From contig CM035353.1 of the NCBI GenBank assembly GCA_020137815.1, positions 1,674,001 through 1,738,000 of the forward strand: a DNA stretch of 64,000 bases, in the 5' to 3' direction. Numbering within the stretch: the first letter of the stretch is position 1; every line of letters begins with the position of its first letter. Source of the DNA: Hormiphora californensis (lineage: Eukaryota; Animalia; Ctenophora). Of this stretch, positions 49,701-62,564 are shown one piece after another. Both the position numbers and the translations under genes were made by a program. The notes beneath the pieces are model-generated. The model ran no database searches, was not told the origin of the DNA, and worked only from the letters and a program-made list of their open reading frames with translations.

Positions 49701-52700
49701 CTGTGACTTCAGAGAGAGAAGGATAAGGTCATCTGCTGCCGCCGCCGTCGATTTTTATGTATTCGGATGACTAAAAAGATAGAGAGCGGGATAATGTATA
49801 ATATTTAAATGTCATATATACAGTCAGAACCCGATTTAACGGCACCCTCGGGGTGAGGAAGTATCAAAATTTTTCTCTTCAAAAAATATTTATGAACAAT
49901 TTCCTGTACCAGCGCCGTCGGGTTCGTGTTTCGAAACGATGCAGCGTACCGCATATCCTAGCCTGCCGCTAATTAGACTCCTTACCAAGCGTTGACCAAG
50001 CGTCAAAACTTAAAAAAACTAGGGGAATTTATCCTGCTGTTAAATCTGGGTGCCGTTAAATTGGGGTCCGACTGTATATCATATTATGACTGTGTAAAGC
50101 CCTGTAAGCAGAAATAGGAAACCTAAAAGAGTATAACGTCATGTTATAGGTGCTAACATAATATAACGATGTAACATGTATAACGATGTAAATATCAACA
50201 CTATTCACACCACTTTTAGATAATATTATGTAGTACATAATTCGCGTACCAACAAAACCACCATGAGACCCCCCCCCCCCCCCCCGTAGAGCCCTAAAAT
50301 TTATATTCTATCACCCCCTCCACAATTTTAATTCCATCTCCCCTACTACACAGAGACAGTTCATTGTTGCGGCGAGTTCACACCACCAATGATGTATCTG
50401 CCACACTAAAATTGGTAGAGGACACCCCAAGACAATCGCTGACTGATAAACTACGCAGCTTTAGCACCAGTCTAAGCAGCAGGTAATATTTCATTGTGTT
50501 GTCGGATTTTGTTAAGTTTTCACCTCTCTTTTTGTGTGCAAATTCAATTCTGACAACTTCGAACTTCCGGCTTTACACAGCTACACACTCATCCAGTATC
50601 CCGATATATCCGCGGCGGTATAACCCAATATAACCCGATATATAACCCCCCCGATATAACCCCGATATAACCCAATATAACCCGATATGTAACCCCGATA
50701 TAACCCCCCGATATATAACCCCGATTATATAACCCAATAACCTCCTGATCTGAATGCAGGTTGGACCACATAGCAACGGACCAGGAACTCCAACTACAAA
50801 AAGATCCACTCACAGTCGCCTCTACAGTAAACATGGCTGCATCCCTACTTGCACCACCGGACCAGAAACGGAAACTCCGCCGATCTCCCAGGATAAGTCC
50901 GAGAAACTGGGAGCGAGGGTATATCAAGATTGACGCTGAAACAGCACAGGTACAATAATATGACGTCATGACGTACATATTGTTGTCGTGAATATAATTT
51001 GGCGTGAAATACGTTATCTCTTACACGTCCCAGCTCCTCTCTTTAGAAAATATCACTTATTTGAAATTTAAAAAAAAGTTATGCTGATTATATTACCAAG
51101 AGTTTTCAGCATTCCAAGCATTCCTAGCATTGTTAATGAATTGTTTATGCTATCTTGTCTACATATTCCATGTTAGATCTATATTCACTGATCCTTGCAC
51201 TACTCCAACCAGTCCTTCTTACTGGTCCCCGATTGGCTGATAACCAGTCACGTGACCTAAATAACGAGTTCTGATTGGTTGTAAGGTATTAATGTTCATT
51301 GCACAGCACTACTCCAACCAGCGCTTCTTACAGGAGACAGTTATTGTGACGGAGAAGTGTTCCGTGTTATGTAACCTAAAGACGAGTGGATCCTGTACTC
51401 CCGTAATGTCCTCCCCCGATCACCCCGCACCCTCCCATATCAGGGTCCGGAATACAAGCAGCTTCAGAAATATTGATCCTGCTACGTTTACCAAACTCCT
51501 TGCACAGGTATAGCAGGTTAACCGACCGAATCAGGAAATACTGGTCCCTGATTGGCTGATAACCAGTCACGTGACCTAAATAACGAGTTATGATTGGTTG
51601 TTTACTTGTTTCGGTCGGTTCCTGACAGGTAGCCGTGATGTACCATACAGTGAACTTCCCAAAAACTTAACAGTGTTTCGTGAAATATGGAAATTCAATT
51701 CCCGGGAATTGGTACACCTATAATATTGGTACACCTATATTTTTTTATTGGAAGAAGTTTCAAACGGTTACGGAAACAATTCGCATTTTTTAGAGATCAA
51801 ATAATATCACACGCCGTGCGTCTGAGGGCTTCACGCAGGAATCCCGCACTTAAGAAGCCCCTCTATAGGTAGCTTATGTTTACATTAAATAAATTAAAAA
51901 TATATCGTTGTTGCCACTAGACTAGATTTACAGTTAGAGAGGGGAGGCGCCGCGAGGAGAGTAGGCGACCCGCAGAAGTGGCAGCGGTATTGCAATTGGA
52001 ACATTCATGTGAGCAGTGATGAGATAGTGAAGTGATGTGGGGTGATGGGAAAATCATAGAATATTATCGATATCAATATAACTGAAAAGGTTGAGCTTGA
52101 GCTTAGTCAGAAAGATGGGTAAAGTTTCACTCTGTCGAAGTTCGTATGGCAGCAAATTCCAGGACCTGGTAGTCCTGTGGAAAAAGCTGTCACGCAAAGT
52201 AGAGGAGCACTTGTGACTGTTACTCGTGTCCACAAGGGTGGTACGGTCTAGGCCAGCAATAATGTCACGATTTTGACGCGTAGGTCGAAGATCGGCAACA
52301 TCAACTGGCCTTATAGAATCAGGAATGTCAATCTGTACCATATTATAGACAATCTGGTAAAACAGCCGCAGGTCATTATACAAGAAGAGTTCCTTGAATG
52401 GAAGAATGTTCAGACCCTTGAGATAAGACACGTATTGAACATTGCTGTATGATGCCATAGGTTCATTTCTGATCCATTTGACAACTCTCTTCTGCAATTT
52501 CTCAAGAGAAAGCAACTGAGTCCTACCGATGTTACACCAGATAGGACTACAGTGCTCAATTAGAGAACGCACCATGGTCAGGTAAAGAGATCTCTTGTTG
52601 GCACTGTTGTTAAGAAAATAGCACGTCCTACGCAACAAATTGAACTTGGAGATCATACTGGTGGTAATATACTCGCAGTGAGAACTCCAATTCAAGTTAC

Positions 52701-55700
52701 TGGTAACAAATACACCCAAATCTAGCTGATTGGTAACATAATCAACAAACACAGAGTTGAGGGTGTAGAAAAACTCACAGAACGGGAGAGGGATGGGGCG
52801 GTGGTGAGCCCCGGTGGGCGAGACACTCAACACTTTACACTTTTGTGGGTGAAAACACATCTTGTTCCTGACTGACCAAGAGTATAGGTTAGAGATTGAG
52901 CGCTGAAGCGACAGGTGATCACTCCAATACCCAATCTCTCTCCAAATTTTGGTGTCGTCGGCATACAGAGAAATATGGGTACCCTCGGTGACTTCATCAA
53001 AAATGTCATTAATAAAAATCGTGAAAAGAACAGGGCCAAGAATGGACCCCTGGGGAACACCCGAGATGACAGGTAACTCCTCAGATGACTCACCATCAAT
53101 AACAACCTTCTGTCTACGATCTCTCAGGTAGTTCTTGATAAATCTAAGCAACATCCCATCCAAACCGAATTTGATTTTCAGCTTGTTCAGAATGATGTCA
53201 TGATTACAGGAATCGAATGCACGTTTAAAATCAAAATAAACAACATCAGTACGCACACAGTCTGAATGATTAAGGTTAGAAGCAAGAGAGTGTGTGAAAG
53301 GGAGGAGCTGGGTACAGCAAGATCTCCCCTCCACAAACCCATGCTGCCTAGGGTCAATCATGGAACCACAATGACTCATAATTCTATTCTTAACTAACAC
53401 CTCCATGATCTTCCCCACTAGAGACAGAAGCGAAATCGGTCTGTAGTTGGCAACATCCTTACTGTCCCCTTTTTTGTGTATAGGTACAATGGAAGCTAGC
53501 TTCCAGTCGTCAGGGACCACGCCAGTAGACATGGAGAGATTAAGAAGCAACCAGATTGGGTAGGATAGGCTACCCGCACAGTTCTTCAGAATCCTGCCAT
53601 GAATCCCATCGGGCCCACATGACTTAGACACATCAATGTTGCACAGCGCACTATACACTTCAGAACAAGAGAAATAACAATCAAACTCTTTACGGGACAG
53701 GTCAACATCAATATTGTACAAACTCGGTTCTGTGAATTGACTCGCAAAATGCGCATTGAATAATGATGCCTTGGCACTAGGGTCAGTGCGAGTGACATCA
53801 TTACGATAAACAGTGGGTGGGATCCTATCACACTTACTAGATGACTTGATATGTGACCAGAATCTCTTGGTGATTGAGTTAGAATCGTTCACTCCGAAAA
53901 AGTTGTTCATTTTCTGAATAATCAGATTCTTGAAATCCTTTCTCGCAGTGGTGTACCTCTCTCTCGTGGGTGGGGTGGGGTTTGACACATACTTTTTCCT
54001 AAGATCCTCCTTGATACGCCGCGCCTTTTTACAGTCACGATCATACCAGAGAGGCTCAAAGGAACCCCTGAGACGTCTCATGGGAATGTACTTCTCAACA
54101 CACTCGAAAAGGCTACTACAAAACTTCTTCCAAGCACAGTTAGCATTACTCACAACAATACCATCCCAGTCAACTCGGGCTAGAGCAACATTTAGACCCA
54201 ACCAATCGGCCTTATTAAAATCAAAACAGGTTCTAGCTTTGCCCTTACTGGATCTATACCCCGCTGAGATAGAGAAGGAAACACCATAGTGATCAGATAC
54301 ACACAGTGCGTCCTTCTCCATCACAGCTAGATCTCTGACGATCTCAGGACAGTTAGTAAATAACAGATCTAGGGTATTGCCCTGTGAGTGAGTAGGAGCG
54401 TGTATGAGCTGTGAGTGTCCCAAATCACCACATAAAAGATCAACAAAATCACGCTCAAGGGAGTTAGGGGTAGCACCACTGGGCCAATCGATGGTAGGAA
54501 AATTGAAATCACCGATTAGGATATGGCGCTTAAACCCCTTGGACTTGACAAGGTTACGCAGATAATCACGAACATTACAGAAATTATCCTGAGAGAGAGT
54601 ACCAACTCTATAAAAAGTACTGAGACACACACTGACATTATTTAGCTTGACGAACACACTTAACAACTCAGCCTGCGTACTAAACTTACAAAACTGGTGA
54701 CTAGAGATACTAACATCATCCCGATGGGCGATCAAGACACCACCCCCGTTACTTCTAAATCTGAGAGGCTGGGAAGGGTCAAAAGGGTGCGACTTGCCCG
54801 ACCGATCGAGACGATACGTCCTGTAATTATTAGGAAGAACGGAGACAGAACTAATAGTTGGCTTGAGCCAGGTCTCGTTCAAGATAATAATCGCAGGTTT
54901 GTGTTCATAAATATACCCATGCATGTCTCCCAACTTGAGTCTGTTCAACTCCGGTGAAGCAGAGCCCAGACTGGAGGAATGTACAAGTCCACGAACATTG
55001 TTATATAAAACACTGTAATCCTTGGGCCCAGGATTAGAGATAGAGGGATTACATATAAAAATCATACAAAAGTTTAGAGCGTACAAAACAGAAAATACAA
55101 CGACTCTACAGGACGACAGACTACAACCTAAAAACATAATATTCATAGCACCTACAACCGACAAACTGAGGTACTTGTCAACCGTAACATAGACACTGCT
55201 CTGGTCAAGAAAACTAATCTGATCAATATCAACTGAGTGTGAATTGTTAGTAGACGTATGCTGGAAAATAACAAGGGTGAGGGTGAAAAAATGAGTGAAT
55301 GTTCCAATTGCAAAACCACATACCAGTGCTGACAGGTCACCACCATCCCCAACACGGCATCCTCCTCCTTGTCGCTGATATCTGGCATTAAACTTCCCAA
55401 TAGTCTCTCTAAATCTTTGGAAACATATTGGCAGGTTAGTGGGGGTATGGCAAAGTCGGGGTAAGGGGACAAAAAAACATATTAGAATCGAGACGAATGT
55501 AGCCTGGGGTATAGTGAGAAAAAGGGGGGGGGGAATGAGGAGTTAAACTAGTATAAATACTTAAAAATTCTCAAATTTAAATTAATTAAATTAGCTTAAT
55601 AAATTAGCTAAATCCAACCAAACAATTTACAAACACACTTTCTCTCTCGCTCTCTCTCATTCAAGATCCACATCCACATGTGGTGCACTAAAAATAGCTC

Positions 55701-58700
55701 TCTCAATATGGTATTCGAAAACTAGGCTGGTTTTGTTAGTAATTAAAGAAAACAACGATTTAGCAAATAAAATTCAATTATTTTAGAGTATCGAGATGAT
55801 GGAGGAGAGAAAGAAGGCAGCTCGCCGAAACAGTTCCGAATCAGTGCCCCGTGCACACAGTGTAGGGGCGGATAGTGGAGGGAGTCACCATTGTACAGGT
55901 GGAGGAGGGATGAGGCACCATCGGGGTCTCGTTAGAAGATCCAAATCACATAGTTATGGGGGACAGAGTTTTCAACCAACTTCTATTCGGACCTTCCTCC
56001 CCAGCTGGGGTGAGTTTAGTTTACATACGTCATGAATGTGGAGAATCAGCAGCTCTAGCTGAGTCTAATATTGATTGATCAATACCTCGTCATCACTGCA
56101 CAGCAAGTAAAAGGAGCATTTTGATACAAATTTAGTTTTTACACACCATCATCCCGAACAGGCTGATACTCCAGTAGAATTAGAGCAGTTCACCTGTCTT
56201 CGTGAGGAAGAGGAAACGAGTCCCCTGTGTAGGATCAGAAAGGCACAGGAGAATCTATTTAGTATCAGGTAACTAATTTCCAGGAAATACTGGTCCCTGA
56301 TTGGCTGATAACCAGTCACGTGACCTAAATAACGAGTTCTGATTGGTTGTTTACTTGTTTCGGTCGGTTCCTACTAATTTTTTCTTCTTAGTCCGAGTGT
56401 TTGGGTGTCGGGAAATACCTTGTTATTAAAATTAAGGACCTTGTTGGGGTGAATTTTATAGGCGCTTTAAGTTATATCGGAAAGCTGCGGCTGGAAAGAT
56501 ATGTGTGTGCAACGACAGAATGGCTCACACACTTCTTGCGTGGGGGATTGACTTATAAAATTGCAAAGGGAAATACCCTACAACGCATAAATTTACATCT
56601 GGAATATACAATGCAAATGAGAGATCTGATCAGGCCAGTCAAATACTGTGAGGACAACTGAGCGAGTGAGAGAATGACATAGGAGCTAAGAAAACTATAT
56701 ATATAATATACAGTCGTACCGTCCTCCATTTACCAGGATGCTCGGGGCAAAGGTTTTTTGCCGATAAATCGCGGCCAAAAACCGTACTGTTGATTTCCTA
56801 TCATATTGGGGGGAGTTTATCCTCTCGGTAAATCGGGGCCCGCGGTAAATCGGGGGCCGACTGTATCAAAAATCTAAAATTTGTTTCAGATGTGACTGCC
56901 CAGATGTCACCCATTTTGTCAAGTGCCCCTGTGCGCCCCAGCGTGACCTGCCCTATGACTATGATACACACTTTGGTCGCTGGAAGGAGGTAAGAATATT
57001 TAGTGATCACTGGTCGCTGGAAGGAGGTAAGAATATATATTTAGTGATCACTGGTCGCTGGAAGGAGGTACATAATTGAATTTAATATTTAGTGATCACT
57101 AAATTTTAAATATAATATTATATATTATATATATGTGAGCCGGATAATTTGGATTTTCCACCGTTTTTTTAGTAGTCTATTAAATTGGGTCAAGTGTTAG
57201 TTAACTGCTCTGAGTTTCTTTCAGTGGCAGCATCTGTAAAGCTCTGCTGTCCCTGTAGAATATGGGCAGGATATAAGTTTGAGTATTATTATTATTATAC
57301 AATAAAATATATATTATATATCTTTATGTTCTTGAATTGTGTAACGAAGAGCTCTGTCACGTGGCGCTGTGTTGCCTTGTTCGACCCTCCTTCCCCGAGT
57401 TTGAACAAAACACTTGCGCTGTGTGGTTGACTCTCTAATCAGATGTAATTAAAATTATCTAATTAATCCATTATTAGATGTATTAATAGATGGTTGGTTG
57501 GTGTACAGATATGTTATTAAAATTGCCCCCCCGCCCTTCCAGAGCCATGCTCACCGGATGGTTCCCAAGTTGCTGAGCTACCATAAGGAAATAGCCCGGC
57601 AGCTCACCCTTCAGGATCACGAGGTCTTTGCTAGCGTAAGTGTTATAACAGTGTCCCAAATTTGAGTTTACCCCATATTCCAGATTCTTGAATCCAGAAG
57701 CTCCTTTCTGTGTTACACCCCCTGCTGAAAGGGTGCTACTATCTAGAGACTAGACCAACGCGTTGTCCTGTTGCCACTAGGAGTAGAATGGGCTGTACAA
57801 TATCTAACTACATTATATATATACATTATATATATATATACACAATATCTAACTACATATATACATTGGTTATAGGTGAATGAGGAAGACTTGTTAGGAT
57901 TTACGAAGAAGATAGCACTACCTATGGCAGATTACCCTAGTATTGAGGTGAGACACAACTAGTTAACACTATGATTTAGCTCTCTGATATATATAGCTAG
58001 AGATGACATTCCGTTAATAAGATTAAACACACACACACATTGAACCCCCTTACTATAATAACCATAAGATTATAATAGTTAAAATAAGATTATAATAGTT
58101 AAAATATTATTCAATGAATCACTAATCCCCCCATGATACCTACAGTGGTGCACGAATCATTGCCGGCACCTTGTTAACACAGTAATGACAATGGTTTTAT
58201 TGTGTGAGGATAGTGAGGAGAGAATCACCGTTCTTGAACACTTCATTGATATCGCACATCAGGTATTACAAATCCTCAATTTATACAGTCGACTTCGTGA
58301 AACATTCAAATTGGGGTTCATTGGCTGGTAAACTGTGGTTCCAGTAAACAGTAAACTGTGGTTCTGGTTAATCGTGGTTCCATTTCTTTCTTTATAACCT
58401 ATTTCTTTTTCAGTGTTTACTATTACGGAACTTCTTTGCCGTGTTTGCCATTGCATCCTCCGCTCTGTCTTCATCAGCAGTAAGAAATGTGTCGTCCAAT
58501 CATCGGGGGATATCTCCACGGCATCAGGTGATTCTTGTTTGTTTGTTTGATCGTTTCTTTGTTTGTTTGTGTGTTTGTTTGTTTGTTTGTGTGTTTGTTT
58601 GTTTGTGTGTGTGTTTGTTTGTTTGTTTGTTTGTTTGTTTGTTTGTTTGTTTGATTGTTTGTTTATTTGTTTGTTTGATTCTTTGTTTGTTTGTTTGTCT

Positions 58701-59274
58701 GTTTGTTTGTTTCTTTGTTTGTTTGTTTGTTTGTTTGCTTGCTTGTTAGTTTGTTTGTTTGTTTGTTTGTTTGTGTGTTTGTTTATTTATTTGTTTGTTT
58801 GCTTGTTTGTTTGTTTGTTTGTTTGTCTGTCTGTCTGTTTGTTTGTTTGTTTGTTTGTGTATTTGTCCTCTCAAAAGATCCCCTAACACCCCCACTCCAC
58901 AGCGGATATTTAGGGAGCTGCTCAAGATAACGCATCCCTCATCTCACAACAAGATCTACCATACCCTCCTTCGGAACGAGTACAAACCTGCCGTACCTTT
59001 CCTAACCATCCACATGACGACGCTGATGAAGATCAACACGGAGTGTCCTGACTACCTCAAACGAGGTCTCATCAACCTCAGGAAACGCAGGCTTGTGTAC
59101 AAGGAGTTGGAGGAAATACGGTGGTTCCAGAGACAGAGATACAATCTTGTTGAAGTGGGGGAGATATTGGACTTTTTTAGTGAGTATGAGACAATTCCGG
59201 AGGAGGAGGCGTATCTGAGGAGTGAGCTGGTGAAGAGGAAGGAATCGACACGAGCCGCTAATAAGAAACGATGA
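38749..59274 (+). CDS. Multi-exon RasGEF (REM domain + CDC25 domain)
   Basis: REM: HFVKASTLEDIV (~40140); FILSLHRTFADSIVFLRLLIHRF (~40520-40592); 42625-42715 KVCKVLCLWLE; 43283-43387 EFPRHF. CDC25: 57543-57635 EIARQLTLQDHEVF; 58146-58262 ERITVLEHFIDIAHQ; 58414-58527 LRNFFAVFAI; 58903-59274 PAVPFLTIHMTTL..GLINLRKRR..YLRS. Confidence 0.85.
38950..39220. repeat. Degenerate foldback element
   Basis: GAACCAGAATTTGA../..TCAAATTCTGGTTC and ATTTTGTCTTTT..CTCTCAAAAGA/TCTTTTGAGAG..AAAAGACAAAAT. Confidence 0.6.
42765..43250. repeat. (GACA)n microsatellite
   Basis: Direct reading. Confidence 0.95.
43600..44720. repeat. ~26-30-bp C-rich minisatellite (CTCTCCACCCAG|ATTGTTAACCCCC), about 40 copies
   Basis: Direct reading; the last copy supplies the inferred acceptor of exon 44716-44869. 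Confidence 0.9.
45084..45195. mobile_element. hAT-type MITE copy (a partial copy lies at ~44876-44945)
   Basis: TSD GTAAGTGT/GTAAGAGT, again the splice donor. Confidence 0.85.
48623..48731. mobile_element. hAT-type MITE copy (partial copies at ~49352-49443 and ~51219-51282)
   Basis: TSD ATTGATTG. Confidence 0.9.
50600..50742. repeat. (AACCCCGATAT)-type minisatellite
   Basis: Direct reading. Confidence 0.85.
51514..51624. mobile_element. hAT-type MITE copy (another, 5'-eroded, at ~56281-56372 with ACTAATTT TSD)
   Basis: Same internal sequence and TIR as the other copies. Confidence 0.8.
51800..55665 (-). mobile_element. CR1/L2-group LINE (LINE-B), single long ORF, in a RasGEF intron; ends approximate
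   Basis: Intact APE-RT ORF, ~250-bp 3' UTR, AT-rich 5' region; no ORF1 seen; TSD not resolved. Confidence 0.85.
52054..55542 (-). CDS. LINE-B polyprotein: hydrophobic leader - NPGP - APE - RT (frame open from 55542)
   Basis: ILNETWL, GDFN, SDH, NYRPISLL, QHGF, FDFKRAFD, GVPQGSILGP, YADD. Manual translation shows the frame stays open 126 codons upstream of the listed TTG (stop at 55543-55545). Confidence 0.9.
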   Translation of the reverse strand, partial: LLIPPPLFLTIPQATFVSILICFFVPLPRLCHTPTNLPICFQRFRETIGKFNARYQRQGGGCRVGDGGDLSALVCGFAIGTFTHFFTLTLVIFQHTSTNNSHSVDIDQISFLDQSSVYVTVDKYLSLSVVGAMNIMFLGCSLSSCRVVVFSVLYALNFCMIFICNPSISNPGPKDYSVLYNNVRGLVHSSSLGSASPELNRLKLGDMHGYIYEHKPAIIILNETWLKPTISSVSVLPNNYRTYRLDRSGKSHPFDPSQPLRFRSNGGGVLIAHRDDVSISSHQFCKFSTQAELLSVFVKLNNVSVCLSTFYRVGTLSQDNFCNVRDYLRNLVKSKGFKRHILIGDFNFPTIDWPSGATPNSLERDFVDLLCGDLGHSQLIHAPTHSQGNTLDLLFTNCPEIVRDLAVMEKDALCVSDHYGVSFSISAGYRSSKGKARTCFDFNKADWLGLNVALARVDWDGIVVSNANCAWKKFCSSLFECVEKYIPMRRLRGSFEPLWYDRDCKKARRIKEDLRKKYVSNPTPPTRERYTTARKDFKNLIIQKMNNFFGVNDSNSITKRFWSHIKSSSKCDRIPPTVYRNDVTRTDPSAKASLFNAHFASQFTEPSLYNIDVDLSRKEFDCYFSCSEVYSALCNIDVSKSCGPDGIHGRILKNCAGSLSYPIWLLLNLSMSTGVVPDDWKLASIVPIHKKGDSKDVANYRPISLLSLVGKIMEVLVKNRIMSHCGSMIDPRQHGFVEGRSCCTQLLPFTHSLASNLNHSDCVRTDVVYFDFKRAFDSCNHDIILNKLKIKFGLDGMLLRFIKNYLRDRRQKVVIDGESSEELPVISGVPQGSILGPVLFTIFINDIFDEVTEGTHISLYADDTKIWREIGYWSDHLSLQRSISNLYSWSVRNKMCFHPQKCKVLSVSPTGAHHRPIPLPFCEFFYTLNSVFVDYVTNQLDLGVFVTSNLNWSSHCEYITTSMISKFNLLRRTCYFLNNSANKRSLYLTMVRSLIEHCSPIWCNIGRTQLLSLEKLQKRVVKWIRNEPMASYSNVQYVSYLKGLNILPFKELFLYNDLRLFYQIVYNMVQIDIPDSIRPVDVADLRPTRQNRDIIAGLDRTTLVDTSNSHKCSSTLRDSFFHRTTRSWNLLPYELRQSETLPIFLTKLKLNLFSYIDIDNIL
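58536..58862. repeat. (GTTT)n microsatellite filling most of a RasGEF intron
   Basis: Direct reading. Confidence 0.95.
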
Positions 59275-60652
59275 GAGAGAGGGAGTGAGAGAGATACTGG
59301 GAGCGATCAGGGAGATATTATACAAAGATACAATGATTATTGAGTTGTAAATATTTTTCTTTTATGAAAAGTGGGTGATATACAGTTATTGGTCGAGTAT
59401 CAAACCCCTTTGTAAGGGTACGTGTATCAAGTTTAAAAAAAGGTGTTTTGATAGAAAAGGATTGATTTGAACATGTGATTGATCACGCAAAAAAAACGTG
59501 AACTTTCTTCTAGATTTTCGGACGCATTTTTGCTATCATTTGATTATCTTGTGTAACTTTATTTGAAAATTTGTATTTCAAAACCCGCTTCTTTTACTTT
59601 GAAATATAAGGAATGGGACCGGTGGACTGATTGAGGTTTATGGTTTTTGTCCATATTGGGTCGTCCAGGTGCCCCTGTAGACTGTTGACTGTATCCCTGA
59701 TCTACTATGGTCAGTCATCATTCTCTTGCCCTCCCACACGACCTCAATTCACCCTGGAATGAACATCACCGCAACAAGATGGATTCTGTAGAATGACCCA
59801 ACCGCCCCCTGACCAAGCTTGGGGCAGCATGACTATTGGATCGTGGCCAACTACTTGCAGGCTATCACTAGCTGAGACACATTCCACTTGTCGAAAGCAA
59901 ACTTTTCGCGCGCGATATCTTGTCTGCGCGCACACGATCATGTGCGCTGACAAGCGTTCTGGACCCCGATTTTTTACCGGATATATCAGTCGGACTCCGA
60001 TTTACCGGATATATCAGTCGGACTCCGATTTACCGGGATGCTCGGGGGAAAGGGTTTCGCCCGGTAAATCGGGGTGGAATACCGAAGGTTATATCCTCCC
60101 GGTAAATTGGGGTTCCAGTAAAAAGCGACCCGGTAAATCGAGGTCTGACTGTATGACGGATCGCTCCTAGTGTTTCCTTGCTGAATACTGGATGATTCGA
60201 GGCGACGGGCCAGTTCGGCAGTTCGGCAGTTCAGAGAGGACATTCGACACTTGGTCGTGAGAAATGAGGATGATGATCTGCCGTACTATAACTGAGATCT
60301 GATCGGCGCTTCCAGACATATGTCTAGACTTGGGGACAAGAGCTCAGGGAGAAAAGAGAGAGCTGCGAGAGATTGGAAGAGAAAGGAGGAGAGAAAAGAG
60401 AGATAGACAGAGCTTGTGAAAGAAAGAATATTCTCTCCCTCTCTCTCCTTTGTAGCGCCTCTACCACTGCCCCAGTGTTAGTACCGCGCAACGCCTCTAC
60501 CACTGCCCAGAGAAAAGGAGAGCACAGCAGGGAAATAATTAGAGAGAGAAAGAAAGATTTCTTATCGCCTTTTCACTACTCCCCGCGTTCTTTTCATTTC
60601 ACTATTTTAATTTGCTGTGTGTTCTGCAGCAGCTTTCTGTATCGCAACTTAA

Positions 60653-60942
60653 GGGGAAACTCTAACTGAATGGCATCCCATTAATGGGATCCCATCAACA
60701 GTAAAACTCTAACTGATAATGGACCACAGTGATGGTTCTTTCTCTGTATTCTCTCTGTAGGCAGTACATCTATGTACTGCCTACAGAGAGAATACAGAGA
60801 AAGAACTATAGGGCATGCCCGGGCGCGGGCGCGCACACAGAGAGAATACAGAGAAAGAACCATCACTGTGGTCCATTATCAGTTAGAGTTTTACTGTTGA
60901 TGGGATCCCATTAATGGGATGCCATTCAGTTAGAGTTTCCCC
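60653..60942. mobile_element. PIF/Harbinger-type foldback MITE, TAA TSD (solo end fragment at ~62040-62071)
   Basis: TAA-GGGGAAACTCTAACTGAATGGCATCCC ... GGGATGCCATTCAGTTAGAGTTTCCCC-TAA. Confidence 0.85.
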
Positions 60943-61407
60943 TAACCGATCTCTTTGCCAAATGATTGCCCCATAATAATAGCCCCATAATAATAGCTTA
61001 ACTAAATATCTTTTTTCAGAATAAATAATTAAATTGAATAAATTATTAGTTAATTAAGCAATTAATTAATTGATTAATTAAATGATGAACTAACCCTAAA
61101 TATAATTATGTTCCCATGACATGGCTGATGAACAATTCAACCCTCAACACCGGATTTTCCTCAGAAATCCAGATGACTTATTGGATGTTGTGGAATTGTG
61201 GAATTGAGACACTGTCTCACTTTCTCAGAGAGGTAAGGAGATGGCATTGTCCCGGAAAATAGTTAGACTTTCGAAAATATTTCAATGCGAAATATTTATG
61301 GATCCATGGTAAATTAGAAACCCCACAACCCTGTCTGGCGCAGCCGGCCAGCCGACCCCCATCTGAAAATGGCGCCGCCATACAGCCACAACCCGGCACA
61401 ACCCGGC

Positions 61408-61995
61408 ACAACAACTTTTAGTTCTCCCCCCACAACCCCCTCCCCAGTCCCCATATCTCCCTCTCTCCCAACACGGACAACAACTTTTAGTTCTCCCCCC
61501 ACAACCCCCTCCCAGTCCCCATATCTCCCTCTCTCCCAACACGGACAACAACTTTTAGTTCTCCCCCCACAACCCCCTCCCCAGTCCCCATATCTCCCTC
61601 TCTCCCAACACGGACAACAACTTTTAGTTCTCCCCCCACAACCACCACCCCCTCCCCAGTCCCCATATCTCCCTCTCTCCCAACACGGACAACAACTTTT
61701 AGTTCTCCCCCCACAACCACCCCCCCCCATCCCCCAGTCCCCATATCTCCCTCTCTCCCAACACGGACAAACAAACTTTTGTCCCCCCACCCCCCCCCCC
61801 AAACCCCACAAACCCCCCCCCCCCCCAGTCCCCCCTATCTCCTCTCTCCCAACACGGACAACAACTTTTAGTTTCCCCTACAACCCCACACCCCCTCCCC
61901 ATCCCAAAATCTCCTCTCTCCCAACACGGACAACAACTTTTAGTTCCCCCCCACAACCCCCTATCCGGGCTCCTCTCCCCTAACACGGACAACCT
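61408..61995. repeat. ~68-75-bp C-rich tandem repeat, about 8 copies
   Basis: Unit CCAACACGGACAACAACTTTTAGTTCTCCCCCCACAACCCCC..CCAGTCCCCATATCTCCCTCTCT. Confidence 0.9.
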
Positions 61996-62339
61996 TTAGA
62001 GCCGCACATACAACACAGCTCTTCCCCATTTCAACTAACTTAATGGGATGCCATTCAGTTAGAGTTTCCCCTAACTAACTAACCCCACCCTCCTCTGCAG
62101 GTTGGTTGTGGCAAGTTGTCAAGTTATCCAGTCACTGAATATCTTGGAGCTACATTTTGGATGGAACTTTGTAAGGTATCGGTAAAGATTTAAAACCCCA
62201 GCCCCCCCCTGCCACAGCCCAAAGCCCGGGGCCGAAGGAGCAGAGAGAGAGGCCGAGGAGAAGGCGAGCGAGAGAGAAGGGCGAGAGAGAGAAGGGAGAG
62301 CGAGGAGCGAAGGGAAGAGAGAGAAGAGAGAGGAGAACC

Positions 62340-62400
<61 letters not shown>

Positions 62401-62402
62401 TA

Positions 62403-62564
<162 letters not shown>

